A stretch of DNA of 63,771 nt, counting the filler, from Reclinomonas americana ATCC 50394 (lineage: Eukaryota): the NCBI GenBank assembly GCA_048213135.1. It is 8 parts of 3 records of this genome, joined end to end, with 100 filler letters (N's around TTAATTAATTAA, not from the genome) between each part and the next. Parts side by side here need not be neighbours in the genome. Positions count along the whole stretch, not along the records: positions 61,327 to 63,771 come from PS015125.1; 7 more parts are not named here. One strand, 5' to 3'. The translations under genes and the position numbers were made by a program. Positions 61,393-63,771 of this stretch are shown in pieces. Positions within the stretch are counted from its first letter, which is position 1; each line of letters begins with the position of its first letter. Below the pieces are notes generated by a model. It did not search any database. It had not been told where the DNA came from and worked only from the letters and a program-made list of their open reading frames with translations.

Positions 61393-63771
61393 TGCATTGT
61401 CGAGGCCGGTACGATTCGTCTCGTACAGACCCATGATGCGCGACAACTCGTCGAGGTCGCGGTTCGCCTCCGCCTCCTCGGTCTTGTTCTCCTGGTCGTG
61501 AGCACGCTTCATCTTCTTGACCGCCTTGTCGCGCTTGCGAGCCAGCCGCTGTGCCAGCAGCTCTGCGTTCAAGGAACAATCACCAGGTGTCAGCTGAGAA
61601 TGGGGAGAAGCAATTATAGAGACAGCGGCACAACAAGAAGTAGCACGCAACCTTGCTGGCGTCGCTGCTCGGCCGCCATGCGGGCGAGCATGCGTTGACG
61701 CTCCTCCTCGTAGCGGCGGCGAATGCGCTCCAACTCGTCGTCGTCGGCACCGTTGGCCTTGGCCTCGGCCAGCGCCTGCTGCAATGAATCGTCCAGACGC
61801 TCGAGCTCCGCCTCCACCGACGCCTGCTGATCGGTCTCCAGAGCCTTCTGCTCCTCGTCCTCCTCCTTGCGCAGCTCGTCTTCCAGCTTGTTGAGATCAT
61901 CGTTCTGGCGGTCGTGGCGGCGTGCGCGGCGCTTCGCCAAGCGCTCCTGCATACGCTGCATCTGCTCGGCGCGCTGCGCAGCCAGTGCCGCGTCCAGACT
62001 GTCCTTGTCGGCCGCATACAAGTCAAAGATGCGATTCAGCTCGTCGGTATCGTTGCGCGCCTCCTCCGCCTCCTCCTCGTTCTCCTGGTCGTGTCCGGCC
62101 TTGAGGTTGTCCTGACGGTCGCGGCGGCGGCGACGCAGACGCTCCTCCAGCGCAGCGCGCTGCCGGGCGTGCTCATCGTCCAACTGAGTCGTCAGACCGC
62201 GGCGGGCGTTCTCAAAGTCGTGCTTCAGGCGATCGAGCTCCTTCTCGTCGGCGCCGTTGCGCATGGCCTCGTCACGTCGCGCCTCGTACTCGCCCTCCAG
62301 CTGACGCAGGCGCTGAGCGGTCTCATCGTCGTGGCGCTTGTCGAGTTCATCGCGCTCATCGCGATCGTCCTCGTCCAGCTCCTCAGCCAAATCGCGCATC
62401 TCCTCCTGCTGACGCTCGAGGCGACGCTCTTCGCGCTCCGCCAGTCGCTGACGCAGCTCCTCCATTTGCTTCTCACGCTCACGAGCACGCTACGCGAGGC
62501 AACAAGTCAGTCACACAAACCAGAAAAGAGAGAGAGAGAGAGAGAGTAATCGCGAGACTCACCACCATGCGCTCCAGCTCCGCCTCGTTGTCACCAGTGT
62601 CGTACGCGCGCTGGTTGTCGTCACCCATGGAGCGGTACACAATGCCGCCCTTGCCCTCATGCGCAGCGTCACGGCGGGCTTGGTCGCGCAACAACTTCTC
62701 AATCTCCCTGGCCAGCGTGCGCAAGTTCTCGGCCGTGAGGTGAATCTCAGGCTTGACGCCCGACTTCAGATACTGGATGAGCACGTTGCGTCCGTTGTGG
62801 CGGGCGTCGCGAGCGTCGTTGTTGACACGCTCCAGCTCGTTGATCATGCGGTTGCCACGTGGTCCATGATCGTGGCACTCCTCAATCATGTTCTTGGCCA
62901 TGTCTTCGACGTCGCGGCTGCGAGCGTTGTCCTGTGTTGTTTCGCCCCCGCCGCCAATGATGAGTAAGAGAATCGATAGAAAAAGAAACATTCGTATCAT
63001 ATGTCCACAAACCATATCATCGTTGGCGACGCGGCGCTGCTCGGCAGATTCGACGCGGTCGGCCAGCTGATCCAGGACACCGGTGACGCGGTCGAACTCG
63101 GCAAGTGCATCGGCACGCTGGTTCAGTTCGGTCTCGTCGGTGGCGCGAATGGCATCGGCCAGCTTCAGACCCACATCCTGCGGTAGCGTGCGGTTCACCT
63201 GCAAGAGAAAAAGAATAGGGTGTGAGTTATTTGGTCGGTACGCTGACAGGCCAACTGGAACGCACCACCAAGCGACGCTGCTGCTCGTGCTCCTGATCGG
63301 CGCGCAGTGCGTGCACCTGTCGGTCGAGACCGTCGACAGCCGAGCGCAGCGAGTGCTCCTGATCGGCACCTGCATGCAAGGAGAGACGATGAGCAAATAA
63401 ACGTAAAGACAATAAATGCCAAAAGTCCATGCGTACCGTCAGTGGCAACATTGCGAGCTTGCTCCTCAATGTCAAACACCATCTGGCGCGCCTGAGCCAT
63501 GTCATCGTAGAACTTGTCGTCGGCACGATCACGCTCCTCGACCTCCTGCTCCACGAGGTGCAGCACGTGTTGCGGATCCTGCGCCGGCGTGTCGTGAGGA
63601 AACAATGCACAGAGAAACAAAGAGAAACAATTTCCACACACCGCATCTTCCGGCAAGTCGGAGGCCTGCAGCTCCTTGATGGCGCCCTGCTGCTTCAGCA
63701 CCAGGTCGCGGATCTCCTGCGTCTCCTTGCTCATGTTGTTGTACAGATCGTCGGCAGCCGCCGTGTAGTCC
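61393..63771 (-). CDS. Large coiled-coil protein with internal ~150-aa repeats, partial at both ends
   Basis: E/R/D/L-rich heptads across 6+ introns. Repeated NGAD..EL.R and HDQEN..E.E.....DEL.RI..LY. Confidence 0.8.

Noticed and set aside
530-63771. Alternative genetic code or stop readthrough
   Set aside because: All in-frame stops fall in introns, and genes end in TAA, TAG and TGA.

Overview
Gene-dense, intron-rich eukaryotic (protist-like) genomic DNA using the standard code, with (AG)n/(AC)n-rich introns. The window is a concatenation of 8 scaffolds joined by N-TTAATTAATTAA-N linkers. It has many gaps and at least two or three mis-oriented contigs. Recognisable genes: kinesin-10 (KIF22-like), mitochondrial SHMT, probable HGD start, a large ACBP-domain protein, BORCS6-like, TMEM41, a double GT18 (MGAT5-like) protein, two near-identical secreted heme peroxidases, a conserved WD40-like protein, MAK/ICK kinase, two paralogous multi-TM proteins, a WD40 protein, two ATG1/ULK paralogues, an E50 homeobox gene, Ariadne, TFIIH p44, WDR4 and a coiled-coil repeat protein. 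The most striking signal is a second, abundant class of 5' splice site. About 27 of roughly 90 introns placed by eye begin GTTGCGT/GTTGAGT/GTTTCGT, which is the usual GTGCGT/GTGAGT shifted by one nucleotide. This class is used almost only when the last exon base is not G. All gene models and family calls are by eye, without database searches.
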